42,404 bases of DNA from Verrucomicrobiota bacterium. GTDB lineage: Bacteria > Verrucomicrobiota > Verrucomicrobiia > Chthoniobacterales > JAFAMB01. This document shows, piece by piece, positions 34,465 to 42,404 of the stretch (position 1 is its first letter; the number at the start of each line of letters is the position of its first letter). The DNA lies in contig JAFAHI010000083.1 in the NCBI GenBank assembly GCA_019237325.1, positions 1 to 42,404 of the forward strand. Direction: 5' to 3'. The notes under the pieces were generated by a model. That model ran no database searches and was not told the DNA's origin. It saw only the letters and a list, made by a program, of their open reading frames with translations. The position numbers and the translations under genes were made by a program.

Positions 34465-35328
34465 ATGCCTGCACCCACCACTCACTACGGAAGCGCAGAT
34501 GAGGCTCCTAAAACAACCATCTGTATCGTCGGCGGAACGAACGTTGCACACGCTCTGGCGTGGTCTTCACACGTTTCCGCCAGTTTTACCATCGAGACGC
34601 CATTCGGGATTTCGCCATTAATCTATTTTGGCGAGACGGATGGAGTTCCTTTTTATCATATCACGCTTCATGGTTCTCCGGAGCTATCCGGCGTAGCCGA
34701 GCAAGACGTGTTGCTAAGAGTTTGGAGTGCCCTGTATCGGCTCGGGGTGAGTGATGTTCTCGGGGGCGCTACCGCAGGAAGCATCAATGAAAAATACAAG
34801 CTCGGGGACTGGGTGATTGCCGACGATTTCGTCGACTTTAACATCGATCGGCAACGTTCGATTGCGGCAGCCGTCCTTGGCGCAAAAACGGCGGCAAGAA
34901 TTTTACCGAGATACGTACCGGCAGACGACCCGATCCTCCGAAAGATTTTGGTCGAAGAGACCGCGAAGGTGACAGGTGCAGAGAACGTGCATGAGGGAGG
35001 CGTGATCGTTCAAGCTGCGGGTGGCCGGTTTGAGACGGCTGCTGAAATCAGGATGTTTAAGACGCTGGGCGCCGATCTGGTCACCATGAACGTGCCAACG
35101 GAAATGGCATATGCTCGCCAAGTGAATATTAACTATGCCAGTTTGATAGCGATTTCTAATCCGGCTGAAGGATTAGGAACTTGGGAGTGGACGACGCTAA
35201 GTGACCTTTATCCAAAGTTCCACGCGCAGAGTATTGAGATTTACCTCGCGGCGGTGAGGCGGATACAGCAGCTGCCAGAACGCCGGAGAATTGGAGATAG
35301 CCTTCGGGTTCACCCGGAGTTCGACTAA
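34465..35328 (+). CDS. MTAP/PNP-family purine nucleoside phosphorylase (divergent)
   Basis: ETPFG, AGSIN, DDFVDF, GGRFETAAEIRMF, GADLVTM, SNPAEG. Confidence 0.85.
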   Translation: MPAPTTHYGSADEAPKTTICIVGGTNVAHALAWSSHVSASFTIETPFGISPLIYFGETDGVPFYHITLHGSPELSGVAEQDVLLRVWSALYRLGVSDVLGGATAGSINEKYKLGDWVIADDFVDFNIDRQRSIAAAVLGAKTAARILPRYVPADDPILRKILVEETAKVTGAENVHEGGVIVQAAGGRFETAAEIRMFKTLGADLVTMNVPTEMAYARQVNINYASLIAISNPAEGLGTWEWTTLSDLYPKFHAQSIEIYLAAVRRIQQLPERRRIGDSLRVHPEFD

Positions 35329-35413
35329 CTAAATTTGCAGGACGAGACCCCGGAAAAACTAACCTGCCGAAGAGGCAGCGACCCGCATCGATCCACCACG
35401 AAGCGGTAGCAGA

Positions 35414-35601
35414 GATAATAGCTCCGTAGGAGCGAAATCTTTATAGCGATCCGGGTCTAAATTGCAGCAAGCTCCGTAGGAGCGACATATCCTGCCTGTG
35501 TGCAAACCTCGCCAGCCTCAATCTGATGTCGCTCCTACAGAGCTCGTCGGGATTTTGGGATGTCGCGGCTATAGAGATTTCGCTCCTACGGAGCTATTAT
35601 C
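35414..35601. repeat. GCTCCGTAGGAGC four-unit element
   Basis: Units at 35421, 35471, 35531, 35582; terminal IR GATAATAGCTCCGTAGGAGCGAAATCTTTATAGC. Confidence 0.88.
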
Positions 35602-35629
35602 GCAGTAACCGCTCGTGGCAGTCTCGCTC

Positions 35630-36994
35630 TTAATGCTCGAACAGGAAGTAGAGCAGGAACAACACAGCTAAGATATAGGTCAGCGCGCCGACTTCCTTTG
35701 CCTTACCGGTACCGAGTTTGATACCCACATAGGTTAAGATACCAAGAGCGATTCCTTCGCTGATGCTGAATGCGAACGGCATCATTACGATGGTGATAAA
35801 AGCTGGGGCAGCCTTGGCAAAGTCACGTAAGTCCAGTTCCGCTAATCCTTGCATCATGAACGCGCCAACCACTACTAGCGCGGGTGCAGTGGCTACAGCA
35901 GGAATTATCAAAATGAGAGGCGTCAAAAAGAGAGCTAGCAAAAAACAGATAGCAGTGACGATTGACGTCATACCGGTCCGGCCACCGGCTTCAACGCCGG
36001 CCGCGCTCTCAATATAGCTGGTTACCGTAGAGGTGCCCAGAGTCGACCCAAACATAGCGGCACAAGCGTCCGCCATAAATGCGCGTCCCACTTTTGGTAG
36101 ATTGCCATGTTCATCGAGTAAGCCCGCTCGTTTGGAGACCCCAATCAGAGTGCCCATGTTGTCGAACAAGTCGACAAACAGAATGGAGAGGACTAGCGGA
36201 AGGGCGGTAAGCAAGTGTTGCCAAAAATAACCTAAGTCTAGTTTGAAGAAGCTGGGTGCTAAAGAGGAAGGTAGATTAAAGAAAGAGCCTGGCGGTTTGG
36301 TGATCATGCCGGATCCGTCCGCTGCCGGTATAAAAAGGCCAGCGACGGTCAAAAGCAAGATTACCAACACAATGGAGCCCGGTAACCGTCTAGTGATAAG
36401 AATTCCCGTCAAGATAATCCCGACAATGACTAGCCAAGGAGCGGGTGTACCCAGATCGCCCAGCGTCAGATAAGGAGAAGCCTCGACCACTAGTGGAGCA
36501 CCATTTTTGGGCACCACGTCTAGGTTGAGAATGATCACTCCTCCATTCTCTAGTCCAATCAAAGCAATGAAAAAGCCGATGCCGGAGGTGATGGCCAGTT
36601 TAAGCTCAAAGGGAATCGCTTCTATGATCCGCTGCCGCAAACGACTCACCGTCAAAGCTAGAAAGATAAGCCCGCTGTAAAAGACGAAACCCAGAGCAGC
36701 CTGCCAGGGGATTCCTTTAGCCAGACAAATCGTGTAGGTGAAAAAGGCATTCAGCCCCATTCCCGGTGCTAACGCGATCGGGTAGTTGGTAGCGAAAGCC
36801 ATGATAATGGTCATGACTGCGGAAGCGATCGCGGTCGCCGTGACGAGAGCGCCTTTGTCGATACCGGTTTGAGACAGAATTAACGGATTAACCGCGAGGA
36901 TATACGCCATCGCGGCAAAGGTAGTCAGCCCGGCAATTACCTCGCGAGCTGCGGTAGAGCCATGTGCTTTCAGGGAGAAAACGCGTTCGAGCAT
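35630..36994 (-). CDS. NCS2/AzgA-family purine permease
   Basis: AGLTTFAAMAYILAVNP, ALAPGMGLNAFF, DLFDNMGTL, TSYIESAAGV, GGRTG. Confidence 0.95.
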   Translation of the reverse strand: MLERVFSLKAHGSTAAREVIAGLTTFAAMAYILAVNPLILSQTGIDKGALVTATAIASAVMTIIMAFATNYPIALAPGMGLNAFFTYTICLAKGIPWQAALGFVFYSGLIFLALTVSRLRQRIIEAIPFELKLAITSGIGFFIALIGLENGGVIILNLDVVPKNGAPLVVEASPYLTLGDLGTPAPWLVIVGIILTGILITRRLPGSIVLVILLLTVAGLFIPAADGSGMITKPPGSFFNLPSSLAPSFFKLDLGYFWQHLLTALPLVLSILFVDLFDNMGTLIGVSKRAGLLDEHGNLPKVGRAFMADACAAMFGSTLGTSTVTSYIESAAGVEAGGRTGMTSIVTAICFLLALFLTPLILIIPAVATAPALVVVGAFMMQGLAELDLRDFAKAAPAFITIVMMPFAFSISEGIALGILTYVGIKLGTGKAKEVGALTYILAVLFLLYFLFEH

Positions 36995-37198
36995 GAGAAG
37001 GGAGAAGCAGATTTTATCCCAAATTGTTTAAGCGAGTGACGGGCGATCAGAAAAGCATAAAAAAGAACCAAAGCGGCAAATGATGGACAACAGTGCATTA
37101 TTCTGAACAAAGGCTGAGTTCGGCCGACTTTGTGTGCGCCTTCGGGGTAGAAGCTTGAACGCAGCCCAACGTCGTGTTCTTAATACCCCACTCTAACC

Positions 37199-38650
37199 AT
37201 GAATAGCCTCAGAAATTTGCTGTTCTCTTTCCTGCTCATCGCTTCACTCTATTTGGCTGCTCCCGGCGAAGCCGCGGACTTTGAGAGCCGATTCCAAGAG
37301 ATCGTTCAAAACGCGACCAACGAACAGCTTTACCGCTTTCTGTATGCTTTGCCGAAAGGCGGAGACCTGCACAATCATCAGGATGGCGCTAATTGGCCGG
37401 ACTGGTGGTACCAGGTCGCAACCGATCCTACCAAAACTCACGGTGACACGTTCTATACTTTAACCAAGATCGCATCACCAAACCCGAGCGGTGGGGCTCC
37501 GCTGTTTTTTACGACGATTCCTCGGTGGCACTACGAGCGTTTGCCAGACGCGGAGAAAGCCCAATACCAAGCATTGAGCTCCTTGGATGCAGCTACCAAG
37601 GCGAATTGGCTGGCGTCACTGTGGCTTGGCCAGCCAGGCGACGGCCGCGAGAAATTCTTCGAGCAAATTTGGCCCCGTCTCGGCGGCTTGGTCCGAAATC
37701 CATACGTCTCTAGCGAATCGCTAGTCGAGAGTATGAAGCATTTCGGCGAAGAGGGAGTTCGCTACATCGAAACCCAAAATCTCGTCTTTGGTCTGGGATC
37801 GTTCTTTGAATACAAGGACCAGGACGGAAATACGCTCTCATTGGATCAAGTGGCGGATATTTATCGTCACCGGTTGCAACAGTCGGACGCCGTGGCCACC
37901 GGTGTCACCGTGCGATTTCAAGCCGTCGTGATCCGCTTTGCGCCAACGGCAGAAGACGGAGTGGAAGCTGCCTACGCATTCGTTAATCGTCACCGGGATC
38001 TTTGGGTTGGTATCAACATGGCCGGACGCGAGGATAACGAAAAAGGGTTCCCGGCTCGCTTCTTATCCGTTTATCGAGAGATGGAAGGTAAATATCCGCC
38101 GATAAGTCTATCGATTCATGCTGGCGAAAGCGACGAACCGAACCATCATGTTCGAGATACTCTTTACCTTGGCGCGAAAAGGATCGGGCACGGTGTCAAC
38201 TTGCTATCGGACCCAGATACCATGCTGCATATGCGGGAAGACAAAGATCTGATCGAGATCAATTTGATCAGCAATCAATTACTCGGGTATGTGCCAAAGT
38301 TCGCCGATCATCCATTTCCCCGATACCTACGCTTCGGTATACCGGTTTGTTTAAATACCGACGACCGAGGGATGTGGGGTTCGACAATGACGGATGAGTA
38401 TTATGTGGCGGTCAAAAACTTCAATCTCTCTTGGGAAGAAATAGTTCAGCTGGGCAGAAATAGTTTGGAATACAGTTTTGTCCAACCCGATCAAAAGCAG
38501 CGATTGTTGGACGCCTATAACCAGGCTGTCAAAGAATTCGAACAAAAGTACAGCGGCGATTGGAAGGCATTGTTAGCCGCAGTGAATGCGACCGATAGCC
38601 CTTACGCGGAGCGGGAGTTTGGGATTAAGTTGCCGTTACCAGGAAAGTGA
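37199..38650 (+). CDS. adenosine deaminase, signal-peptide bearing (ADGF/ADA2-like)
   Basis: MNSLRNLLFSFLLIASLYLAAPGEA leader; LPKGGDLHNH, HAGE, RIGHG, NTDD. Confidence 0.88.
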   Translation: MNSLRNLLFSFLLIASLYLAAPGEAADFESRFQEIVQNATNEQLYRFLYALPKGGDLHNHQDGANWPDWWYQVATDPTKTHGDTFYTLTKIASPNPSGGAPLFFTTIPRWHYERLPDAEKAQYQALSSLDAATKANWLASLWLGQPGDGREKFFEQIWPRLGGLVRNPYVSSESLVESMKHFGEEGVRYIETQNLVFGLGSFFEYKDQDGNTLSLDQVADIYRHRLQQSDAVATGVTVRFQAVVIRFAPTAEDGVEAAYAFVNRHRDLWVGINMAGREDNEKGFPARFLSVYREMEGKYPPISLSIHAGESDEPNHHVRDTLYLGAKRIGHGVNLLSDPDTMLHMREDKDLIEINLISNQLLGYVPKFADHPFPRYLRFGIPVCLNTDDRGMWGSTMTDEYYVAVKNFNLSWEEIVQLGRNSLEYSFVQPDQKQRLLDAYNQAVKEFEQKYSGDWKALLAAVNATDSPYAEREFGIKLPLPGK

Positions 38651-38680
38651 GAGGTGAGACGTGAGAAGTGAGAGGGGCTT

Positions 38681-38997
38681 TCAGCCCCGAAGCGGCGCGA
38701 CTGGAGGGGAGCCGCTTTCGAGTGTTGAAAAACCTTATCGCTAGAGCAGAGATAACACGTCCGGAGGCGCAGCAAAACTGGCTGGCAGGCGGCTCCCGGA
38801 AACGTCTGCCGATGTCGCTAGCAGGATGGGCTGAATTGAAGCGGCGACACCACAATAACAATTCACACCGTGGGTCGTGTCCGGGAGCCGCCTGCAAACA
38901 ACGACTCGCCAATACAACGCTTCGTTGCGCGAACAGATCTGGTTGCGGGCAACGATCAAAAGCGGCTCCCCTCCAGCTCGCGCCGCTTCGCGGCTGA
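38681..38997. mobile_element. GGAGCCGC four-repeat element, copy C
   Basis: Core 38701-38976; inner IR 38786-38800 / 38880-38894; flanking IR CGAAGCGGCGCGA / TCGCGCCGCTTCG. Confidence 0.8.
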
Positions 38998-39045
38998 GGG
39001 CGCGTTCAGGAGCCCGGCTCCACCAATTGATGTACAAGCACCGAC

Positions 39046-39070
39046 GGACGAGCAGGAGCTCGTCCCTACC
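39046..39070. repeat. GTAG-type REP hairpin
   Basis: GGACGAGC-AGGA-GCTCGTCC-CTACC, just past the hppD stop. Confidence 0.65.
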
Positions 39071-39073
39071 AGG

Positions 39074-40171
39074 CTAGAGATTCCCTCGCCTGGCTTGCTC
39101 TCGTTCCAACGCTTCGAACAACGCTTTGAAATTGCCCGCTCCGAAACCTTTGCTGCCGTGGCGGCGGATAACTTCATAAAATACCGTTGGCCGGTCTTCA
39201 ACGGGTTGGCTGAAAATCTGGAGTAGGTATCCTTCTTCATCCCGGTCCACAAGAATGCCGCGCCGGCCTAACTCGCGATAGTCTTCTTCAATCTCGCCAA
39301 TTCGTGATGGCAGATCTTCGTAATAGGTCTCCGGCACTCGCAGGAAGTCCACTCCGGCTGCGCGTAACGCGTCGACGGTGGCAATGATATCTTTCGTTGC
39401 TAAGGCGATATGCTGCACCCCGGGTCCGCCGTAATAAATCAGATATTCTTCGATTTGGCTGCGGCGCTTCCCTTCCGCCGGTTCATTGATCGGGAACTTA
39501 ATGCGCCCGGAGCCGTTTTGCATGACCTTGCTCATCAACGCTGAGTAGTCAGTGCTAATATCCTTGTCGCTGAAATGCGTTAGTTGGCTAAATCCAAGGA
39601 CGTCGCGATAGAACGCGACCCAATGATTCATCTGCCCCAATTCGACATTCCCGACAATGTGGTCGATCGCCGCAATTCCGGTCTCCGGGGCAGGAGGAGG
39701 ATTTTGGATTTCTTTGAAGCCGGGGAAGATACCGCGATAGTTTTGGCGCTCAATGAAACTGTGCACCGTGTCTCCGTAGGTAGCAATCGAGGCTCGCACG
39801 AAACGTCCGCTGCCATCTTCGAATTCTTGTGGTTCTTGTGCACTCTTAGCGCCTCTGCGCAAAGCCTCATCATAAGCAGTCCGGGCATCGGAAACTCTTA
39901 AAGCAATATCGCGGACTCCATCGCCATGCAACGCGATGTGTCGCGAGATTTCCGGCGCGGACTCAGGACCGAGCGGCGAGGTCAAAAGAAAGTGAACCTG
40001 GCCTTTCCGTAACAACCAAGACGCCCGATCTCGCACCCCGGTCTCCAGACCGGAATAGGCAACTGGCACCAACCCGAGGGCGGTACGGTAGTAGTGAGCA
40101 GCTTGCCGGGCGTTCGATACGTAGAACTCGACGTAATCAATTCCGTGAAAATCGAGGGGATCTGAACTCAT
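39074..40171 (-). CDS. hppD: 4-hydroxyphenylpyruvate dioxygenase
   Basis: HGDGVRDIA, IDHIVGNV, IKFPINEP, SQIEEYL, GVQHIAL, LLQIF, GFGAGNFKALFEA. Confidence 0.96.
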   Translation of the reverse strand: MSSDPLDFHGIDYVEFYVSNARQAAHYYRTALGLVPVAYSGLETGVRDRASWLLRKGQVHFLLTSPLGPESAPEISRHIALHGDGVRDIALRVSDARTAYDEALRRGAKSAQEPQEFEDGSGRFVRASIATYGDTVHSFIERQNYRGIFPGFKEIQNPPPAPETGIAAIDHIVGNVELGQMNHWVAFYRDVLGFSQLTHFSDKDISTDYSALMSKVMQNGSGRIKFPINEPAEGKRRSQIEEYLIYYGGPGVQHIALATKDIIATVDALRAAGVDFLRVPETYYEDLPSRIGEIEEDYRELGRRGILVDRDEEGYLLQIFSQPVEDRPTVFYEVIRRHGSKGFGAGNFKALFEALEREQARRGNL

Positions 40172-40541
40172 AAAGGAGGCTTTCTTTAATGAAACGATGC
40201 GTAACTCCCAGACGCATCATATAGGGTGATATTGAGGGTACCATTAAGTCTGGAGTGAGACAATCGAAAGGCGCGTTGGCGGATGTCGATAAGGCCAAAC
40301 TAGGAGCGAAGCTGCGACTCATAATAGCCTAGGTTTAAATCCTAGGGAGAATAAGAGAATCAGCGATGAAAGTTAGTCATACCTAGTTAGTTATACCTAA
40401 AGACGTACCGGTCCGTGCACACACACACACGTTGAGCCACGGCTCGGCGCGCGTTTAGGCCTAACAACAATAATGTGACGTCGTGGCGCCTGAGTCCTTC
40501 GATCGTCCACTCAGGTCTTTCGGGAGCCTCACCCTACCAAA

Positions 40542-41705
40542 TTAAACCTGCGCGAGTTGAGGGGTCTCGATTGGGTAGTACCAGGATGTTGAATACGCTT
40601 CGATGATCCCCTTGGCTCCATCGGGCGCCACAAACAAAGGCTCGACTGCATCCAAAGCGACCGCGTATTCATTTGTCTGTTTGGTGAGTCCTTGTCGATC
40701 CCGTTCCCAAGCTTGTGGCTGCGGGCCGTGATCGATTCCCATCGGATGGAGAGTCAACATACCGGGTTCGATGCCGCCGCGCGAAAAGAAAACTCCCTCG
40801 TGATAGAAAATCACTTCATCGTAATCGACGTTGCGATGGTAGTAGGGTAAGCGCAACACTTCGTCGTCACCGAGAAAGCGCGGAGCAAAGGTAACTACAT
40901 AAACCTCGCTACTAGCGAAGGTTGCTGCAGCTGTTGGAGGAACGTGGTAACGCATACTGCTGATAGGCCGAAAATCGCGCACATTTAATTTGCTCGGCAA
41001 CACCGTTCCCTTATATCCCACCACGTTCTCAATCGGGTTGTAATCAAAAATGAGTTTGCTTCGAATGCCTGCTCTCTTCACCTGCAGTTCGACATCGCCA
41101 CCATTTAGTCCGGATCGCTTTTGATCAAAGTCTGGATATTGGATAACTCCGGGATCGAATAAAGCATGGGAACCTAAAATCCCTCGATCAGGAATACCAA
41201 ATGCCGTCCGTGATTCTGAGATGATAGCAAGAGTGTCCTTGGACTCGGGTACCAACCGATAGATGCACCCTTTCGGGATGATCACATAATCTCCGGGGCG
41301 ATAGGGCAGGATGCCAAACTCCGTTTCGATAACGCCGACCCCACGATGGAAGAAATAAAGCTCGTCACCGTCAACGGTGCGATAAAGAAATGGCATGGGC
41401 TCGCGTCTACGAGTTAAATAGATCGAAAGAGACCGGCGGGCACACGCTGCCATTGACTGCATTAACAGTGCGGGTGTCCCGTTCGGATCTGCTAGATCCG
41501 ATGTTTCGATCGTCCGGCAATCCATCGCGATTGGCCTTAAAGGACCCTCTATCCTTTTCCAAGCTGAAGGCATCTCTTTCGTGTAAAGATGGGTGGCCTC
41601 ACCAAAAAAGCCTTCGCGGCCGTACTCCATTTCGTAGGTCCCTTCCGGGATCCGAACGTGCGCCTGGTTAGGATAAACGCCGTTTTTGAGGGGGAAGCGC
41701 TGCAT
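40542..41705 (-). CDS. hmgA: homogentisate 1,2-dioxygenase
   Basis: GREGFFG, DGDELYF, GDYVIIPKG, PYYHRNVDYDEVIFYH, HPMGIDHGP; adjacent to hppD. Confidence 0.9.
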   Translation of the reverse strand: MQRFPLKNGVYPNQAHVRIPEGTYEMEYGREGFFGEATHLYTKEMPSAWKRIEGPLRPIAMDCRTIETSDLADPNGTPALLMQSMAACARRSLSIYLTRRREPMPFLYRTVDGDELYFFHRGVGVIETEFGILPYRPGDYVIIPKGCIYRLVPESKDTLAIISESRTAFGIPDRGILGSHALFDPGVIQYPDFDQKRSGLNGGDVELQVKRAGIRSKLIFDYNPIENVVGYKGTVLPSKLNVRDFRPISSMRYHVPPTAAATFASSEVYVVTFAPRFLGDDEVLRLPYYHRNVDYDEVIFYHEGVFFSRGGIEPGMLTLHPMGIDHGPQPQAWERDRQGLTKQTNEYAVALDAVEPLFVAPDGAKGIIEAYSTSWYYPIETPQLAQV

Positions 41706-41757
41706 CGCCTAATGTATTCCAGGGCAGTGGGTAGCACAAGCGGGCGGCTGTCACCGG

Positions 41758-41921
41758 TGAGAAGTGAGACGTGAGAGGTGAGAAGTGACAGGGTAACACG
41801 GGATAGGGACGCAGTGGACTTACTGGACTTAGTGGACTGAGTAGACGTAGTGGACATTGCCTCGATCGGAGACGGCCGTCCACTCAGTCTATTAGGTCGA
41901 CTCTATCCGCTACGTCCACTC
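41758..41921. repeat. GTGAGAN heptamers plus inverted GTGGACTTA 9-mer arms
   Basis: Read directly. Confidence 0.7.
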
Positions 41922-41942
41922 GCCGTGTCGCCAGCTGCCTTT

Positions 41943-42404
41943 TCACGTCTCGCCGTTATCGCTCGGCGCCTGTACTATCTGCCTTACCGTCTTGCTCCTG
42001 CGCTTCTGGCGCTTCCAGCTAACATGCCAACGAACATCGTTCTCCACTTGTTCAAAGAGATGAAATGAGTTGGGGCTGGTGAATAGCACCTCGGCCACTT
42101 CATCTCCGACGTTCGACCAAAAATGAGGCGTGATTAGATCAAAGAAAATGCCTTCCCCCACCGTCAATCGGTATTCGTTCTTGCCGATGTGACAGGTCAG
42201 CTTTCCCCGGAGAACGATACAGAGTTCTTTTAGGGAATGCAGTGAATGGCGATTAGGACTTAGGCTATTGATCTCGACGCGAAGTAACAAGGCCGTGAAC
42301 GGTGTACTCACTTCGCGCGGAAAGAAATTGAACAACTTTGCTCCGCTCCATTGCATGACGACCGGACAATTCTCTCGGTGCCGAGTTGTGGTGACCGGCG
42401 CCGC
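41943..42404 (-). CDS. cupin-domain protein, probably an XRE-HTH/cupin regulator, 5'-partial
   Basis: Frame open to window end; KELCIVLRGKL...GEGIFFDLITPHFWSN typical of XRE-cupin C-domains; HTH not visible. Confidence 0.65.
   Translation of the reverse strand, partial: AAPVTTTRHRENCPVVMQWSGAKLFNFFPREVSTPFTALLLRVEINSLSPNRHSLHSLKELCIVLRGKLTCHIGKNEYRLTVGEGIFFDLITPHFWSNVGDEVAEVLFTSPNSFHLFEQVENDVRWHVSWKRQKRRSKTVRQIVQAPSDNGET

Noticed and set aside
36995-37198. Purine riboswitch or firm sigma70 promoter ahead of NCS2/ADA
   Set aside because: No riboswitch consensus recognised; TTGAAC has only a poor -10 partner
26593-38997. CRISPR or guide-array reading of the repeat-spacer elements
   Set aside because: Repeats alternate in orientation, there are only four per locus, spacers are ~65-90 bp and partly homologous, and no cas or other effector gene is present
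38668-39037. ORFs across element copy C
   Set aside because: Not conserved in copies A and B; a product of GC-rich palindromic DNA
40137-40322. 61 aa minus-strand ORF overlapping the hppD start
   Set aside because: Out of frame with hppD, no motif, no support

Overview
A ~55% GC bacterial window; gene style suggests soil Verrucomicrobiota (Chthoniobacterales-like), which is inference only. From left to right it holds: a partial PP2C phosphatase; deoC plus a two-domain ALDH16-type dehydrogenase; a SAM methyltransferase; and a ~22 kb minus-strand MacAB/ADOP-type export locus (sigma54 response regulator, histidine kinase, small membrane ORF, periplasmic adaptor, two ABC ATPases, five intact ~810 aa permease paralogs, one internally deleted permease and a truncated peptidase E). 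Then come a P450, a purine salvage/catabolism cluster (allE, ade, cupin, MTAP-family phosphorylase, NCS2 permease, signal-peptide adenosine deaminase) and hppD-hmgA with a partial cupin regulator. Two sigma54 promoters, each with the same tandem palindromic upstream site, were read from the sequence. The most unusual signal is non-coding. Almost every intergenic gap holds an inverted-repeat element. These include a ~275 bp four-repeat GGAGCCGC family with fixed geometry but diverged spacers (3.5 copies), a four-unit GCTCCGTAGGAGC family, and many 7-9 nt tandem-repeat arms that overlap gene stops and starts, some next to remnants of small GxxExxY or four-helix-bundle genes. No rRNA, tRNA, CRISPR array or intact transposase was seen.
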